This document shows, in pieces, positions 9,411 through 27,055 of a stretch of 64,000 bases of DNA. Every line of letters begins with the position of its first letter. The stretch's first letter is position 1. The stretch is from positions 576,001-640,000 of the forward strand of contig OY970303.1 in assembly GCA_963716255.1 (NCBI GenBank). The letters run 5' to 3'. Under the pieces are notes generated by a model, which was not told where the DNA came from, did not search any database, and worked only from the letters and a program-made list of their open reading frames with translations. The position numbers and the translations under genes were made by a program. Source of the stretch: an uncultured Gemmatimonadales bacterium (lineage in GTDB: Bacteria > Gemmatimonadota > Gemmatimonadetes > Longimicrobiales > Longimicrobiaceae).

Positions 9411-9507
9411 GCGCTCGCTCCAGGCTCGTACCACGCTGCGGGAATGCGACTTGCGTTTCCGGGCGCCCCCAAGCCCGGCAGACGACACGGTGACAAGGAG
9501 GCCGTTC

Positions 9508-9822
9508 ATGGACCGCAGCGACGACGTCCGCAGCACCGAGGACACCACCGCCAACCGCGAACACGCGCACAACGCGGAGGAGAACCGCGACGCCCTGGCC
9601 GCGCAGGCCGAGCGCACCCGCGCCACCACGCCCGCGGCAGCCCACACCCCCGTCGGCGCGGCGGGCGCAGCCGGGGGCGGCACCGCGATGGACAACACCG
9701 AGGCCGTGCGCGCGGCCGCCGAGAACCGCGACGCCCTCGCCGAGGAGAACCGGCGCGTCGCCGCCACCACCCCCGACGACGTGCCCATGACCGGGCCCGA
9801 CACCCGGCGGGAGGACCGGTGA
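9508..9822 (+). CDS. Small hydrophilic low-complexity protein (104 aa)
   Basis: AAGGAGG RBS; internal ENRDALA repeats. Confidence 0.65.
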   Translation: MDRSDDVRSTEDTTANREHAHNAEENRDALAAQAERTRATTPAAAHTPVGAAGAAGGGTAMDNTEAVRAAAENRDALAEENRRVAATTPDDVPMTGPDTRREDR

Positions 9823-9859
9823 GCCGCGGCGGCTAGCGCCGCCGCGAGGGGGGAGCGGG

Positions 9860-11554
9860 TCAGCGCCCGGCGGCGACCCGCTCCCCCGTTTCCATCGCGG
9901 CCAGCTCCGGGTCCGACTGCGGCAGGCTCAGCAGGAAGCAGCTTCCCTCCCCCGGCGCCGAGGACACCGTCAGCGATCCTCCCAGGAGCTCCGCCAGGCG
10001 CCGCGAGATCGGCAGCCCCAGCCCCGTCCCCTGCGTGCTGTGGGGCTGCTCCAGCTGCACGAACTCGTCGAAGATCTTTTCCTGGTCCTCCGCGGCGATC
10101 CCCTCCCCCTGGTCCACCACCTCCACCACCAGCCCCCCGTCCTCGCGCCGCGCCGAGATCACCCGCACCGGCTTGCCGCCGCCGAACTTGATGGCGTTGG
10201 AAAGCAGGTTGAGGAGGATCTGGCGAACCCGCCGCGCGTCCGAGACGATGGTGAACGGATCGCTCCGCCTCTCCAGCGCCAGCGGCACCCCGTGCTGCTC
10301 CGCGAAGGGGGCCACCGTCACGAACAGGTCCTGGATCAGCTCCGGGAAGCCCACCGACTCCAGCTGGAGCTCCATCTTGCCCGCCTCGATCTTGGACAGG
10401 TCCAGGATGTCGTTGACCAGCTCCAGCAGGTGGTTGGCCGCCTTGTGCGTCCGCTCGATGCTGTTGACCTGCGGGTCGTTGAGCGGGCCGTAGATGCGGT
10501 CCAGGAGGAGCGAGCTGTAGCCCAGGATGGCGTTGATGGGGGTGCGCAGCTCGTGGCTCATGTTGGCGTAGAAGCGGCTCCGCGCCCCCATGGCCCGCTC
10601 CAGCTCGATCGTGCGGCGGTTCAGCTCCTCGTTGAGCACCCGAAGCTCCTCCATGGTGTTCGCCAGCGACACCGCCTGCGCCCGCACCGCCTCCTCCGCC
10701 TGCCGCCGCTCCGAGATGTCGCGCAGGATCAGCGTGTACACCCGCTCGTTTCGCTGCACCAGCGACGACAGCGAGAACTCCGCCGGGAAGCGCTCCCCGT
10801 CGCCGCGCACCCCCACCGCCTCGCGCACCGACGACTCGCTGGCGCGTCCGGCCACGGCCGCCCCGTTGCCGCGTCCGCGGGGGGGCTTGCCCGGGCTCAG
10901 GTCCAGCGCCGGGTGGAAGAAGCGGTCGATCGCCGTCCCCACCGCTTCCGCCATGCTGCAGCGGAAGACCCGCTCCGCCGCCGCGTTGAAGAGCGTGATC
11001 CGCCGGTCCCCGCCGAAGGTGACGATCGCCTCCAGCGCCGAGTCCACGATGTCCGCGTAGCGCGCCTCCGACTCCAGGAGCTGCGCGCGGTGCAGCAGCT
11101 CCGTCTCGCGCCGCTCGCCCTCGCGCAGCATGTCGTCCTGCTGGCGGAGCTGCACCGTCTTCAGGTACAGCTCCACGAAAACCGCCACCTTGGAGCGGAG
11201 GATCGCCGGGTTGAAGGGCTTGAACATGTAGTCCACCGCCCCCGCCGAGTACCCCTCGAAGACGTACTCCTCCTCCTTGCTGATGGCCGTCAGGAAGATG
11301 ATGGGCGTGGCGCGCGAGCGCTCGCGGGACTTGATCAGCTGGGCCGTCTCGAAGCCGTTCATCCCCGGCATCTGCACGTCCAGGAGGATCACCGCGAAGT
11401 CGTGCAGGAGCACCTGCCGCAGCGCCTCCTGCCCCGAGGTGGCGCGGACCAGCTCGTGCCCCAGCGGCTGGAGGATCGCCTCCAGCGCCACCAGGTTCTC
11501 CATGCGGTCGTCCACCATCAGGATCATGGCGCCGGACTGCGGGGTGTCGGCCAT
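9860..11554 (-). CDS. Hybrid sensor kinase REC-PAS-HisKA-HATPase
   Basis: ILMVDD...LLDVQMP receiver, PAS (FNAAAERVF), [16 protein letters not shown]; coupled to the cheB stop. Confidence 0.9.
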   Translation of the reverse strand: MADTPQSGAMILMVDDRMENLVALEAILQPLGHELVRATSGQEALRQVLLHDFAVILLDVQMPGMNGFETAQLIKSRERSRATPIIFLTAISKEEEYVFEGYSAGAVDYMFKPFNPAILRSKVAVFVELYLKTVQLRQQDDMLREGERRETELLHRAQLLESEARYADIVDSALEAIVTFGGDRRITLFNAAAERVFRCSMAEAVGTAIDRFFHPALDLSPGKPPRGRGNGAAVAGRASESSVREAVGVRGDGERFPAEFSLSSLVQRNERVYTLILRDISERRQAEEAVRAQAVSLANTMEELRVLNEELNRRTIELERAMGARSRFYANMSHELRTPINAILGYSSLLLDRIYGPLNDPQVNSIERTHKAANHLLELVNDILDLSKIEAGKMELQLESVGFPELIQDLFVTVAPFAEQHGVPLALERRSDPFTIVSDARRVRQILLNLLSNAIKFGGGKPVRVISARREDGGLVVEVVDQGEGIAAEDQEKIFDEFVQLEQPHSTQGTGLGLPISRRLAELLGGSLTVSSAPGEGSCFLLSLPQSDPELAAMETGERVAAGR

Positions 11555-12138
11555 CAGCGCTTCTCCCCCGGGCGTGCCGGGGACGATTGCAGGGTGAGGA
11601 GGCGCGCCGCGATCCCCTCCAGCGTCAGCACCTCCGCCTCGGGGACCGCGCGCAGCGCCGCGGCGGGCATCACCTTCACCTCCGCGGTGGCCGGGTCCTG
11701 GACCAGCGCCGTCCCGCCGCGGTCCACGATCCGGCGCAGGCCGCGGGCCCCGTCGTGGTTGGCGCCGGTGAGCACCACGCCCACCGCGCGGGCGCCGTAG
11801 GCGTCTGCGGCGCTCTCGAAAGCCACGTCGATGGACGGGCGGCTGTACATCTCGGGCGCGTCGGTGGAAAGGGAGAAGTACCCCGGCTCCAGCAGCGTGT
11901 GGTAGTCCGGGGGGGCCAGGTACACGTTGCCCGGCTCGGCCGACGCCTTGTCCGTCACCTCCTGGATCGCCAGCGGCGTGCAGTCCTGCAGCACCTCGCA
12001 GAGCGCGTCCGAGTCCTTGCTGCGGTGCTGCACCACCACGACGGCCATGCGGAAGTCGCCCGGGAGCCCGCCCAGCAGCGTGCACACCGCGTCCAGCCCC
12101 CCCGCGGAAACCCCCACCATCACGATCTCGCGCGCCAC
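11554..12138 (-). CDS. cheB: CheB-type methylesterase, catalytic domain only
   Basis: GVSAGG, VQH, RPSIDV, LTGANHDG; GTG start overlaps the cheR stop. Confidence 0.88.
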   Translation of the reverse strand: MAREIVMVGVSAGGLDAVCTLLGGLPGDFRMAVVVVQHRSKDSDALCEVLQDCTPLAIQEVTDKASAEPGNVYLAPPDYHTLLEPGYFSLSTDAPEMYSRPSIDVAFESAADAYGARAVGVVLTGANHDGARGLRRIVDRGGTALVQDPATAEVKVMPAAALRAVPEAEVLTLEGIAARLLTLQSSPARPGEKR

Positions 12139-12998
12139 TAGACCACCTTCCGGTAGATCTTTTCGCGCTGGTTGATCGCCTCGTAGCACTCCTCGTACTT
12201 GGAGAACTTGAGCGATTCCTTGCTCCCCAGCGCCAGGATCCCGTAGGTGGGCAGGCTCTCGTAGAACAGCTCGTGCACCCGGTTCTGCAGCGACCGGTCG
12301 AAGTAGATCATCACGTTCCGGCAGAGGATCACGTTGAACTCGCTGAACGAGCGGTCCGTCACCAGGTTGTGCTGCGCGAACACCACGTTCTCCCGCAGAG
12401 CCGGCGAGAACAGCGCCCCGCCGTACGCCGCGGTGTAGTACTCCGAGAAGGAGCGCATGCCGCCCGCCCGCAGGTAGTTCTGCGTGTACTCCTGCATCTT
12501 TTCCAGCGGGAAGATCCCCGCCCGCGCCTCCGCCAGCACCACCTCGTTGATGTCCGTGGCGTACACCCGGGACCGCTCCAGCAGCCCCTCCTCCTTGAGG
12601 AGGATCGCCATGGAGTACACCTCCTCCCCCGTCGAGCACCCGGCGTGCCACACCCGGATGAAGGGGTAGGTGCGCAGCAGCGGCACCACCTCCGCGCGGA
12701 ACGCCCGGTAGAAGTTGGGGTCGCGGAACATGGACGTGACGTTGACCGAAAGGTCCAGGAGCATCCGCTCCATCGCGCTCCGGTCGTGCAGCACCCGCTC
12801 CTGCAGGCCGCTCACCGTGCCGAGCCCCTCCGCCCGGATCCGCTTCCACAGCCGCCGCCGCAGCGAGGCGTAGGCGTACGAGCGGAAGTCGAAGCCGTAG
12901 TGGCGGAAGATCCCCTCCAGCAGGATCTCGACCTCCACCCGCTCCAGCTCCGGAGAATAGCTTTCCGGGGCCGTGGGCAGCCCCCCCGCGGCGTTCAT
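12138..12998 (-). CDS. cheR: CheR-type protein-glutamate O-methyltransferase
   Basis: VNVTSMFRD, RVWHAGCSTGEEVYS, ATDIN, CRNVMIYF. Confidence 0.93.
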   Translation of the reverse strand: MNAAGGLPTAPESYSPELERVEVEILLEGIFRHYGFDFRSYAYASLRRRLWKRIRAEGLGTVSGLQERVLHDRSAMERMLLDLSVNVTSMFRDPNFYRAFRAEVVPLLRTYPFIRVWHAGCSTGEEVYSMAILLKEEGLLERSRVYATDINEVVLAEARAGIFPLEKMQEYTQNYLRAGGMRSFSEYYTAAYGGALFSPALRENVVFAQHNLVTDRSFSEFNVILCRNVMIYFDRSLQNRVHELFYESLPTYGILALGSKESLKFSKYEECYEAINQREKIYRKVV

Positions 12999-13005
12999 GC
13001 GCCGG

Positions 13006-20379
<7,374 letters not shown>

Positions 20380-20917
20380 GATGGACCTCGCTTCTTGCAG
20401 TTGTTGGTACGGGAGGCAGGGCACTTCGCGCCGGGCGGGGCGACGGAATCCGTCGCCGTGTCCGGCGGAGCTCGTTCTGCTTCACCACGGGGTGCAGGCT
20501 GCTACAATCTACGCGGCAGCGCCGGAAACGGACAGGGAGGGGGGCGCCGGCCGGGCGCGGCACGGATCCGCTTGCAGCGCAACGACCTGGCCCGGCCCCG
20601 AGGCGGGCCCGTCCCGCCTCCGGCCGGTGGAGCGGAGGCCCGGTTCCCGTCGACCATGGCCGCGAGGACGAGCACCGGGGCCGGCAGCCGGTTCGACGGA
20701 GCAAGTGGGGCGCGGCCTCCGCGGCGCGCATGTCCCACTCCCGGTCCGGCTGCACGCACGCGGCCGGCGAAGCCCGCGTTCAAATCCACACACGACAACG
20801 AGTTGAGCAGCCGTGGGCGGCGTCGCTCCAGGTGGCGTGGCGGCTGCGTGCATGGGCTCGCGCCGGGCGGACCGACGCCCGGAACCGACGAAACGAACCG
20901 ATGCTCCGCAGGAGGAC

Positions 20918-21490
20918 ATGATGAATACAAGAAAACCGATGCTCCGTACGCTGGCCTATCCCCCGCTGCTCACCCGCGCGCGCCGGGCGCTGGCCGCCCT
21001 GGTGATCGGCGCGCTGATCGCCCTGGCCGCCGGGTGCGACGCCGGGATCCCCGCCGCCCCCGCGGGGGCGCTCCGCGACCAGGCGGCCCGTCCCGCCGCT
21101 CCCAGCGAGACCGACGTGCAGGAGGCCGCGCTCCGCTTCCTGATCGCCAACCACGGGGTGGAGGGGATGGACGCGTACTGCGTGTCTACCGGGTGGCCGG
21201 AGGCAAACGACGATCCGGGCGCCGCGCTGCAGGACCGCTTCGCCGGGAGCCAGCCGCCGGTGGTCCCCTACTCGGCGTGCACCATCTCCGTTTCGGGAGA
21301 CACCTACGACGCCACCGGCGGCCCCGCGCAATGGTTCTCGCTTGGACCCGCCACCTTCCGCGGCCGCCGGGCGGAGCTGGACGCCAACTGGCACCTCAAT
21401 GGCCGGCTCGCGGAGTTCTACCATTGCACGCTGCGGCTGGCGGGGGACAACTGGCGGGTGGCCGGGTGCACGCTGGTGGCGGCGGCCTGA
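20918..21490 (+). CDS. Hypothetical lipoprotein
   Basis: GGAGG RBS; hydrophobic stretch ending LAAGC. Confidence 0.7.
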   Translation: MMNTRKPMLRTLAYPPLLTRARRALAALVIGALIALAAGCDAGIPAAPAGALRDQAARPAAPSETDVQEAALRFLIANHGVEGMDAYCVSTGWPEANDDPGAALQDRFAGSQPPVVPYSACTISVSGDTYDATGGPAQWFSLGPATFRGRRAELDANWHLNGRLAEFYHCTLRLAGDNWRVAGCTLVAAA

Positions 21491-21510
21491 ACGAAACGGG
21501 ATGAAGGGCG

Positions 21511-21649
21511 GGGTTCGGGCGTGCCCCCGGCTGGCGCCGGGGTCGGGCTTCGGCTCCGTAACGCACGAAACAACCGTGCGTAACGGAGTCGAGCCCCGGC
21601 GGAAACAGCCCCGCCGGGTCTCGCCCCTTCGGGCCGTAATCCCTCACGC
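21511..21649 (-). repeat. Structured repeat family 1, copy D
   Basis: Stem acgcacg-aaacaac-cgtgcgt. Confidence 0.9.
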
Positions 21650-21659
21650 GACGGCAGGA

Positions 21660-21694
21660 CCCCTCCCCCGCAAGCGGGAGAGGGGGAGAACTGC
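21660..21694 (+). repeat. REP-like C-rich/G-rich hairpin repeat family 4
   Basis: cccctcccccgcaagcgggagagggggag; related copies near 30100-30154, 33451-33490, 33522-33562 (inverted) and 58679-58727. Confidence 0.7.
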
Positions 21695-21895
21695 GGGCGG
21701 CAGGAAGGTCGCAGGGAGGGTGCGGGGGTGGTCGGAGGAAAGAGTTGGGGGTGTGGCAGGGTGGAGTGGAATTAACTCTTTCCGGAGAGCAGCCCCGCAC
21801 CCGACCCCACGCGCAGAACCCGATCACCCCTCTCCCGGAACCGGGAGCGGATGGCTGGTACGCCCACCGCCGATTCCGGGACCGCCGTACGAAGC

Positions 21896-21932
21896 AAAGA
21901 GGCCGCGGGGAGCGATGCTCTCCGCGGCCTCT
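21896..21932 (-). terminator. Terminator downstream of nadA
   Basis: aagaggccgcggggagc-gat-gctctccgcggcctctt long hairpin, T-run on the minus strand. Confidence 0.6.
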
Positions 21933-21958
21933 TCCGTCGCGCTCGTCCGCTCCGCCGG

Positions 21959-23035
21959 CTATGCGCAGCCGCAGCCGCCGGGACGAAGGCTTTCCTCCTC
22001 CAGCGCCGCCTCCTCCGCCGTGGGAGCGCGCCAGCCGCCGGACAGGTCCAGCATACGGGTCAGCGAGGCCTCGGCGCGGCTGCGGACGTCCTCGTCCAGC
22101 ACCACCTCGTGCGCCATGTGGTCCAGCGACCAGGCGAGCTTTGCGAGGGTGTTCATCTTCATGTTGCCGCAGATGGCCGCGCCGGAGAGCGGCACCAGCG
22201 TCTTTTCCGGGAAGCGCTGCTTGAGCCGGTCGATGAGCCCGCGCTCCGTGCCGATGATCAGCTCGTCGTGCTGCTCGGCGATGTCCACCATCTTCGAGGT
22301 GGAGGTGACGAAGTCCGCCTGCGCCAGCAGGTCGGCGCGGGCCTCGGGGTGGATCACCACCAGCGCCCGCGGGTGCTTCGCCTTCGCAGCGGCGAGCTCG
22401 TCCATCACCAGGTCGTCGTGCACGTAGCAGTAGCCGTCCCACGCGACGATGGAGCCGGGCTCCGGCTCGCCGGTCTCCTGCCCCGCCACCACGTACGGCC
22501 GCCCGGACTTTTCCGCGGCGTAGCGGGCCAGGTTTCGGTCCGGCACGAACAGGATGGTGCGGTCGCGGGGGAGGGAGTCCACCACCTGCACCGCGTTGGC
22601 CGAGGTGCAGCAGATGTCCGACTCCGCCTTGACCTCGGCGGTGGAATTGACGTACGCCACGGTCGCCGCGCCCGGGTAGCGCGCCTTGAGGCGGCGCAGC
22701 GAGTCGCCGGTGACGAAGTCGGCCATGGGGCACCCGGCGCGCAGGTCGGGCATCAGCACCGTCTTGGTCGGCGACAGGATCTTCGCCGTCTCCGCCATGA
22801 AGTGAACGCCGCAGAAGACGATCACGTCCGCGTCCGTCCTGGCGGCCTCCTGCGACAGCCCCAGCGAGTCGCCCAGGTAGTCACTGACCTCCTGGATCTC
22901 CACCCGCTGGTAGTTGTGCCCCAGGATCACCGCGTTCAGCTCCTCCTTGCGGGCCACGATGCGGTCGCGCAGCTCCTCGCGCGACAGGCGGGCGTAGTCC
23001 AGCGGGGTCCGGAGCACCTGGGAGACCTGGATCAA
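21959..23035 (-). CDS. nadA: Quinolinate synthase
   Basis: GHNYQ, FCGVHFMAE, AGCPMA, YVNS, CYVH, HPE, CGNMK. Confidence 0.95.
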   Translation of the reverse strand: MIQVSQVLRTPLDYARLSREELRDRIVARKEELNAVILGHNYQRVEIQEVSDYLGDSLGLSQEAARTDADVIVFCGVHFMAETAKILSPTKTVLMPDLRAGCPMADFVTGDSLRRLKARYPGAATVAYVNSTAEVKAESDICCTSANAVQVVDSLPRDRTILFVPDRNLARYAAEKSGRPYVVAGQETGEPEPGSIVAWDGYCYVHDDLVMDELAAAKAKHPRALVVIHPEARADLLAQADFVTSTSKMVDIAEQHDELIIGTERGLIDRLKQRFPEKTLVPLSGAAICGNMKMNTLAKLAWSLDHMAHEVVLDEDVRSRAEASLTRMLDLSGGWRAPTAEEAALEEESLRPGGCGCA

Positions 23036-23093
23036 TGCTCACCTCGTCGTCGGGGGAAGCGGACGCGCGCGGCGCCCTTCCGGAAAGCCCGTG

Positions 23094-23122
23094 AATATAA
23101 CGATTTTGTCGCGTTCCGGCAA
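23094..23122 (-). promoter_or_regulatory. Sigma70-type promoter for nadA
   Basis: TTGCCG-17 bp-TATATT. Confidence 0.5.
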
Positions 23123-23209
23123 ACTTCCGGCACCTGCGCCGCACGCCGTAAAGCAAAGGGCCCGCGGGACTTGCCCGCGGACCCGATCGCCGTCCACTCG
23201 TCCGCCGTG

Positions 23210-23611
23210 CTACCAGCGCCGCACTTCCAGGGTGGCCCGGTACGTTTCCGGCGGCGACCCCCCCACGCGCGGATGGGGATCCAGCTCCCTGAGCACCACG
23301 CGGTACCCCTCGTAGGTGCCGGATTCCTTGCTGGGGGTGGTGCGCAGCGTCAGCTCCGCGGGCTCGCGCCCCGCCTGTGCCAGGCGGAGCACCACCACTC
23401 CCTCGCCGGCCCACGCGCACTGGGCGCCGGTGGGGCAGCGCGAGTCGTCGGACACCTCCAGGAAGCGGACGGTGAGCATCCCCTCGTCCACCTCCACCTG
23501 CTCGCCCTCGCGCACGCCGAACGCGCGGTCCAGCGTGGCGGTGCCCGGCTCGGTCGCCAGGGCGCACGCCGCGGTGAGGGCCGCGCACAGCAACGACATC
23601 GTTCTCTTCAT
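23210..23611 (-). CDS. Hypothetical lipoprotein (DSRCP...CxWAG type)
   Basis: LTAAC lipobox; DDSRCPTGAQCAWAG. Confidence 0.75.
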   Translation of the reverse strand: MKRTMSLLCAALTAACALATEPGTATLDRAFGVREGEQVEVDEGMLTVRFLEVSDDSRCPTGAQCAWAGEGVVVLRLAQAGREPAELTLRTTPSKESGTYEGYRVVLRELDPHPRVGGSPPETYRATLEVRRW

Positions 23612-23750
23612 GAGTCCTCTCCTGTCCCCGGCCCGCGGCGCCGGGCCCGCCCCCGTGGCGGGCCCGGCGCCGTGGACGTCCGGTACGGAACAGGGGCCCC
23701 GGGAGTTTCCCGGGGCCCCTGTGCGTGGGACGAGCGGCCCTTCGGATGCG

Positions 23751-24131
23751 TCACACCGTGAAGGAGCTGCCGCAGCCGCACCCGCCGGAGGCGTTGGGGT
23801 TGTTGAAGGTGAACCCGGAGCCCTGGAAGGTGGAAACGTAGTCGATCTCGGTGCCGGCCAGGTACTGCATGCTGAAGGGGTCGACGAAGAGCCGCAGCCC
23901 CGCGACGTCCAGCACCATGTCGTCCTCGGCGGGCTCGTCCTCGATGTTGAGCCCGTACTGGAAGCCCGAGCAGCCGCCCGGGAGCACGCCCACGCGGAGC
24001 CCGGCCTGCCCGGAGGCGCCCTGCTCCTCCATGTATCTGCGCACCTCGGAGGCCGCGACGGCGGTCACGGCGATGGGGGACGCCGCGGTCGCGGTATCGT
24101 TGCCGGTAGCCGTAGTGTTGTCAGTCTGCAT
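23751..24131 (-). CDS. A-type Fe-S carrier (HesB/IscA/ErpA family)
   Basis: GGCSGFQY and NPNA..CGCGSSF. Confidence 0.93.
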   Translation of the reverse strand: MQTDNTTATGNDTATAASPIAVTAVAASEVRRYMEEQGASGQAGLRVGVLPGGCSGFQYGLNIEDEPAEDDMVLDVAGLRLFVDPFSMQYLAGTEIDYVSTFQGSGFTFNNPNASGGCGCGSSFTV

Positions 24132-24236
24132 GGGACCCTCTACGGTGAAAAGTTCGGATCCGGGGCCACGCCCCGCAACCGCTTGTGTTTCCGCACGTTC
24201 CGGGCCCACCGGCCGAGGGGAACGGTTCAGGGGTGA

Positions 24237-24265
24237 AATATACGCGGCGCGGCCCGGCGGGTCAA
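24237..24265 (-). promoter_or_regulatory. Sigma70-type promoter for the IscA-like gene
   Basis: TTGACC-17 bp-TATATT. Confidence 0.55.
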
Positions 24266-24810
24266 TTCGCGCGGGTGGCGGCGAGCACCCGCTCCACGGC
24301 CTCGGCGAGGCCCTGGACCACGGGGACGCCGTCCGGTGCGTGCTCCGCCTCGCCGTGCTCCGCGCCCGCGCGCACCAGGATCCCCCGCCCGCCCAGCCGC
24401 TCCGCGGGCGCGACGTCGCGCAGCCGGTCGCCCACGTACCACGAGCGCGCCAGGTCCAGCCCGTGCTCCTCCGCCGCGCGCACGAAGAGCTCCACCCCCG
24501 GCTTGCGGCAGCCGCACGCCGGCACGGCGTCCGGCGCGTGCGGGCAGTGGTAGACGGCGTCCACCCGCGCGCCCCCGGCGCCGAGCAGCGCTTCCACGCG
24601 CGCCTGCACCGCGCGGAAGTCGCCCTCGCCGAAGTACCCCCGCCCGATCCCCGACTGGTTGGTGACCACGACCACCGGGATCCCCGCGGCGTTCAGCCGC
24701 GCGATCGCCGCGGCCGCGCCGGGGAGCAGCCGCACGCCATCGGGGTCGGCGAGGTAGTGCGCGTCGTGGATGATGGTCCCGTCGCGGTCGAGGAAGACGG
24801 CGGGGGTCAA
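24262..24810 (-). CDS. gmhB: HAD IIIA phosphatase, GmhB-like (heptose 1,7-bisphosphate phosphatase)
   Basis: FLDRDGTI, VTNQSGIGRG, CPH...CGCRKP, VGD. Confidence 0.82.
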   Translation of the reverse strand: MTPAVFLDRDGTIIHDAHYLADPDGVRLLPGAAAAIARLNAAGIPVVVVTNQSGIGRGYFGEGDFRAVQARVEALLGAGGARVDAVYHCPHAPDAVPACGCRKPGVELFVRAAEEHGLDLARSWYVGDRLRDVAPAERLGGRGILVRAGAEHGEAEHAPDGVPVVQGLAEAVERVLAATRAN

Positions 24811-24894
24811 AAGAAGGGAACGGGGAACAGGGAACAGGGAACGGCCTGCAACAGCCGGACGAAGCGGCTCGGAGCCCGCCGCCGCGTGCCTTTC

Positions 24895-25047
24895 GCGGTA
24901 CCCATAAAAATCTGTTCGGAGGGAGACAGCCGGGCTGTTTCGGCTGGCTCACTCCGGCGCAGGGAGACAGGCCGGCTGTTTGGCCTGGCTCCCGGAGCCC
25001 GCGCAGGAGACGGACGGCTGTATCGTCCGGCTCCGGAGCGGCCCGCC
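24895..25047 (+). repeat. Structured repeat family 2 (three-hairpin element), copy a
   Basis: Three GGAGAC-stem-GGCWGTWT-stem-GGCTC modules joined by GCGCA/GGAGC linkers. Confidence 0.85.
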
Positions 25048-25057
25048 AAACCAGACG

Positions 25058-25846
25058 TCAACCCGCGGTGATGTTGAACCCGGCGTCCACGTACATGACC
25101 TCCCCGGTGATGCCGGTGGAAAGGTCGGAGGCGAGGAAGAGCGCCGTGTTGCCCACCTCGTCCACCTCGATGGCGCGCTTCATGGGCGCCCGCTCGGCGG
25201 TGATCTTGAGCAGGTCGCGGAAGTGCGCCACCCCGCGCGCCGCCAGCGTGTTCACGGCCCCGGCGGAGACCGCGTTGATGCGGATTCCCTTCGCGCCCAG
25301 GTCCACGGCCAGGTAGCGCACGCTGGCTTCCAGCGAGGCCTTTGCGACGCCCATGACGTTGTAGCCGGGGACCGCCTTCTCGGAGCCGTAGTAGGTCATG
25401 GTGACCACGCTGCCGCCGGCCTCCATCAGGGGCTCGGCGGCGCGCACCATCCCCACCAGCGAGTACGCGCTGATGTCGTGCGCGGTGAGGAAATCCTCGC
25501 GCCGGGTCTGGATGAACGGGTTCGCCATGGCGTCCTTGGGCGCGAAGGCGACGGAGTGGAGGAGAAAGTCCAGCCGCCCCCACTTCTCGCGCAGCTCGGC
25601 GAAGAGCCGGTCGATCTGCGCGTCGTCGCGGACGTCCAGGTCGTAGAGCGGGACGTCGCCCAGCGGCGAGACGGTCTTTGCGCACCGGTCGCGCATGGTC
25701 TCGCCCTGGTACGTGAACGCCAGCTCCATCCCCGCGCCGTGCAGCGCCCTGGCGCACGCCCAGGCGATGGAGTTCTGGTTGGCGACGCCGACGATGAGTC
25801 CGCGTTTGCCGGCGAGAAGGCCGGAGATTGCGCTGGCTTCGGACAT
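25058..25846 (-). CDS. fabI: Enoyl-ACP reductase
   Basis: GVANQNSIAW, HSVAFA, YNVMGVAKASLE, VDAG. Confidence 0.95.
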   Translation of the reverse strand: MSEASAISGLLAGKRGLIVGVANQNSIAWACARALHGAGMELAFTYQGETMRDRCAKTVSPLGDVPLYDLDVRDDAQIDRLFAELREKWGRLDFLLHSVAFAPKDAMANPFIQTRREDFLTAHDISAYSLVGMVRAAEPLMEAGGSVVTMTYYGSEKAVPGYNVMGVAKASLEASVRYLAVDLGAKGIRINAVSAGAVNTLAARGVAHFRDLLKITAERAPMKRAIEVDEVGNTALFLASDLSTGITGEVMYVDAGFNITAG

Positions 25847-25903
25847 GGGCTCTTTACGTTCGAGGTCGAGGTTCGCGAAGTCGTCCCGGCCGGTTCACGC
25901 CGC

Positions 25904-27055
25904 TCAGGGGCGCCGGCCCGCGGTGGAGTCGGCGGGCGCGGCGGGGCGCGCGGGCGCCGGGGCGGCGGCCGGGGTCTTCCCCCGCGCCTCGCCCCCGCCC
26001 ACCAGCCCCGCCAGGTTGCGCACGCCGGTGACCCGCACCGTGTACTCGGTGCCGGGCGGCACGGGCCGCGCCAGCCGCACGCGAATGGTCTGCGACGGGA
26101 GCCGCTCCTGCGGCGCGGCCGGGGCCGCGGGCGCGGCGGCGCTGTCGGAGGGCGCGGGCTGGCCGCCCACGGGCGGGCCGCCGCCCTCGCCGCCGGCGCC
26201 CAGCTCCACGGCGACCGCCTGGATGGGGGTGCTGTCGGCCAGCACGACGCGCACCTGGGTGGGCGCGAACGCCTGCAGCGGGTCCAGGTAGTCGTCGAAC
26301 TTGACCTCGATCCAGGCGCTGTCGGCGGGCTGGACGGAGGCGGCGCGCGGCGCGGTGCTGTCCGGCTCCAGCACGCGGAGCCGCACCGTGGGGGAGGCGC
26401 CCGCGGCGACCGTCGCGCCCGCGGTGTCGCGCGGCTCGTAGTCCTGGAGTTCGCGGTCGGCGTTCTGGTCGCGGAAGGCGCGCACCCGGTACCGCCCGGC
26501 GGGGATCTGCGAAAAGGTGAAGGCGCCGGCGGAGTCGGTCTGCACCGAGTACACCAGCGAGTCGGGGGCCAGCGCCGCTTCCACGCGCGTGCCCACCTCC
26601 GGGCGGCCGGTGGTGCGGGCGGTCACCGTGCCGGAGAGCCGCGTGTCGGGGATCTCGGGCCCGGTGGAGAACACCAGCCGCACCGGCTCGGTGCGCCGGT
26701 TGTTGAACAGGTCCTGGACGCCGGGGGCGACCGTCACCTGGTAGATGCGCCCGGCCTCCCATCCGCGCCGCAGCGACACGCGGATCTCGTCGCCCCGGTG
26801 GTCCACTTCGGCGGCGCTGGTGCGCGGCGACACGCTCACGGCGTCGCGGACGCTCTGCTCGGACAGGCGCTCGTCGAACAGCAGGACGACGGGGTCGCTG
26901 AACGCCCCGCCGCGCCGCAGGGTGTCCGGGCGGGTGGCGAGGAGCTGCGGCGCCTGCCTGTCCTCGGGCCCGCCCGGAGGCGGCTCGATGTGCGCGCAGG
27001 CGGCCAGCGGCAGGAGCAGGAGCGCGGCGCGGGCGGCGCGGAGGCTCAGACCCAC
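25904..27055 (-). CDS. Lipoprotein with Ig-like (Big_5) and carboxypeptidase-regulatory-like domains
   Basis: LAAC lipobox, then AHIEPPPGGPED; beta-rich; GTG start overlaps the valS end (start approximate). Confidence 0.75.
   Translation of the reverse strand: MGLSLRAARAALLLLPLAACAHIEPPPGGPEDRQAPQLLATRPDTLRRGGAFSDPVVLLFDERLSEQSVRDAVSVSPRTSAAEVDHRGDEIRVSLRRGWEAGRIYQVTVAPGVQDLFNNRRTEPVRLVFSTGPEIPDTRLSGTVTARTTGRPEVGTRVEAALAPDSLVYSVQTDSAGAFTFSQIPAGRYRVRAFRDQNADRELQDYEPRDTAGATVAAGASPTVRLRVLEPDSTAPRAASVQPADSAWIEVKFDDYLDPLQAFAPTQVRVVLADSTPIQAVAVELGAGGEGGGPPVGGQPAPSDSAAAPAAPAAPQERLPSQTIRVRLARPVPPGTEYTVRVTGVRNLAGLVGGGEARGKTPAAAPAPARPAAPADSTAGRRP

Noticed and set aside
20430..20900. Short ORFs in the divergent intergenic region upstream of the kinase
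   Set aside because: No RBS or codon bias; likely promoter region
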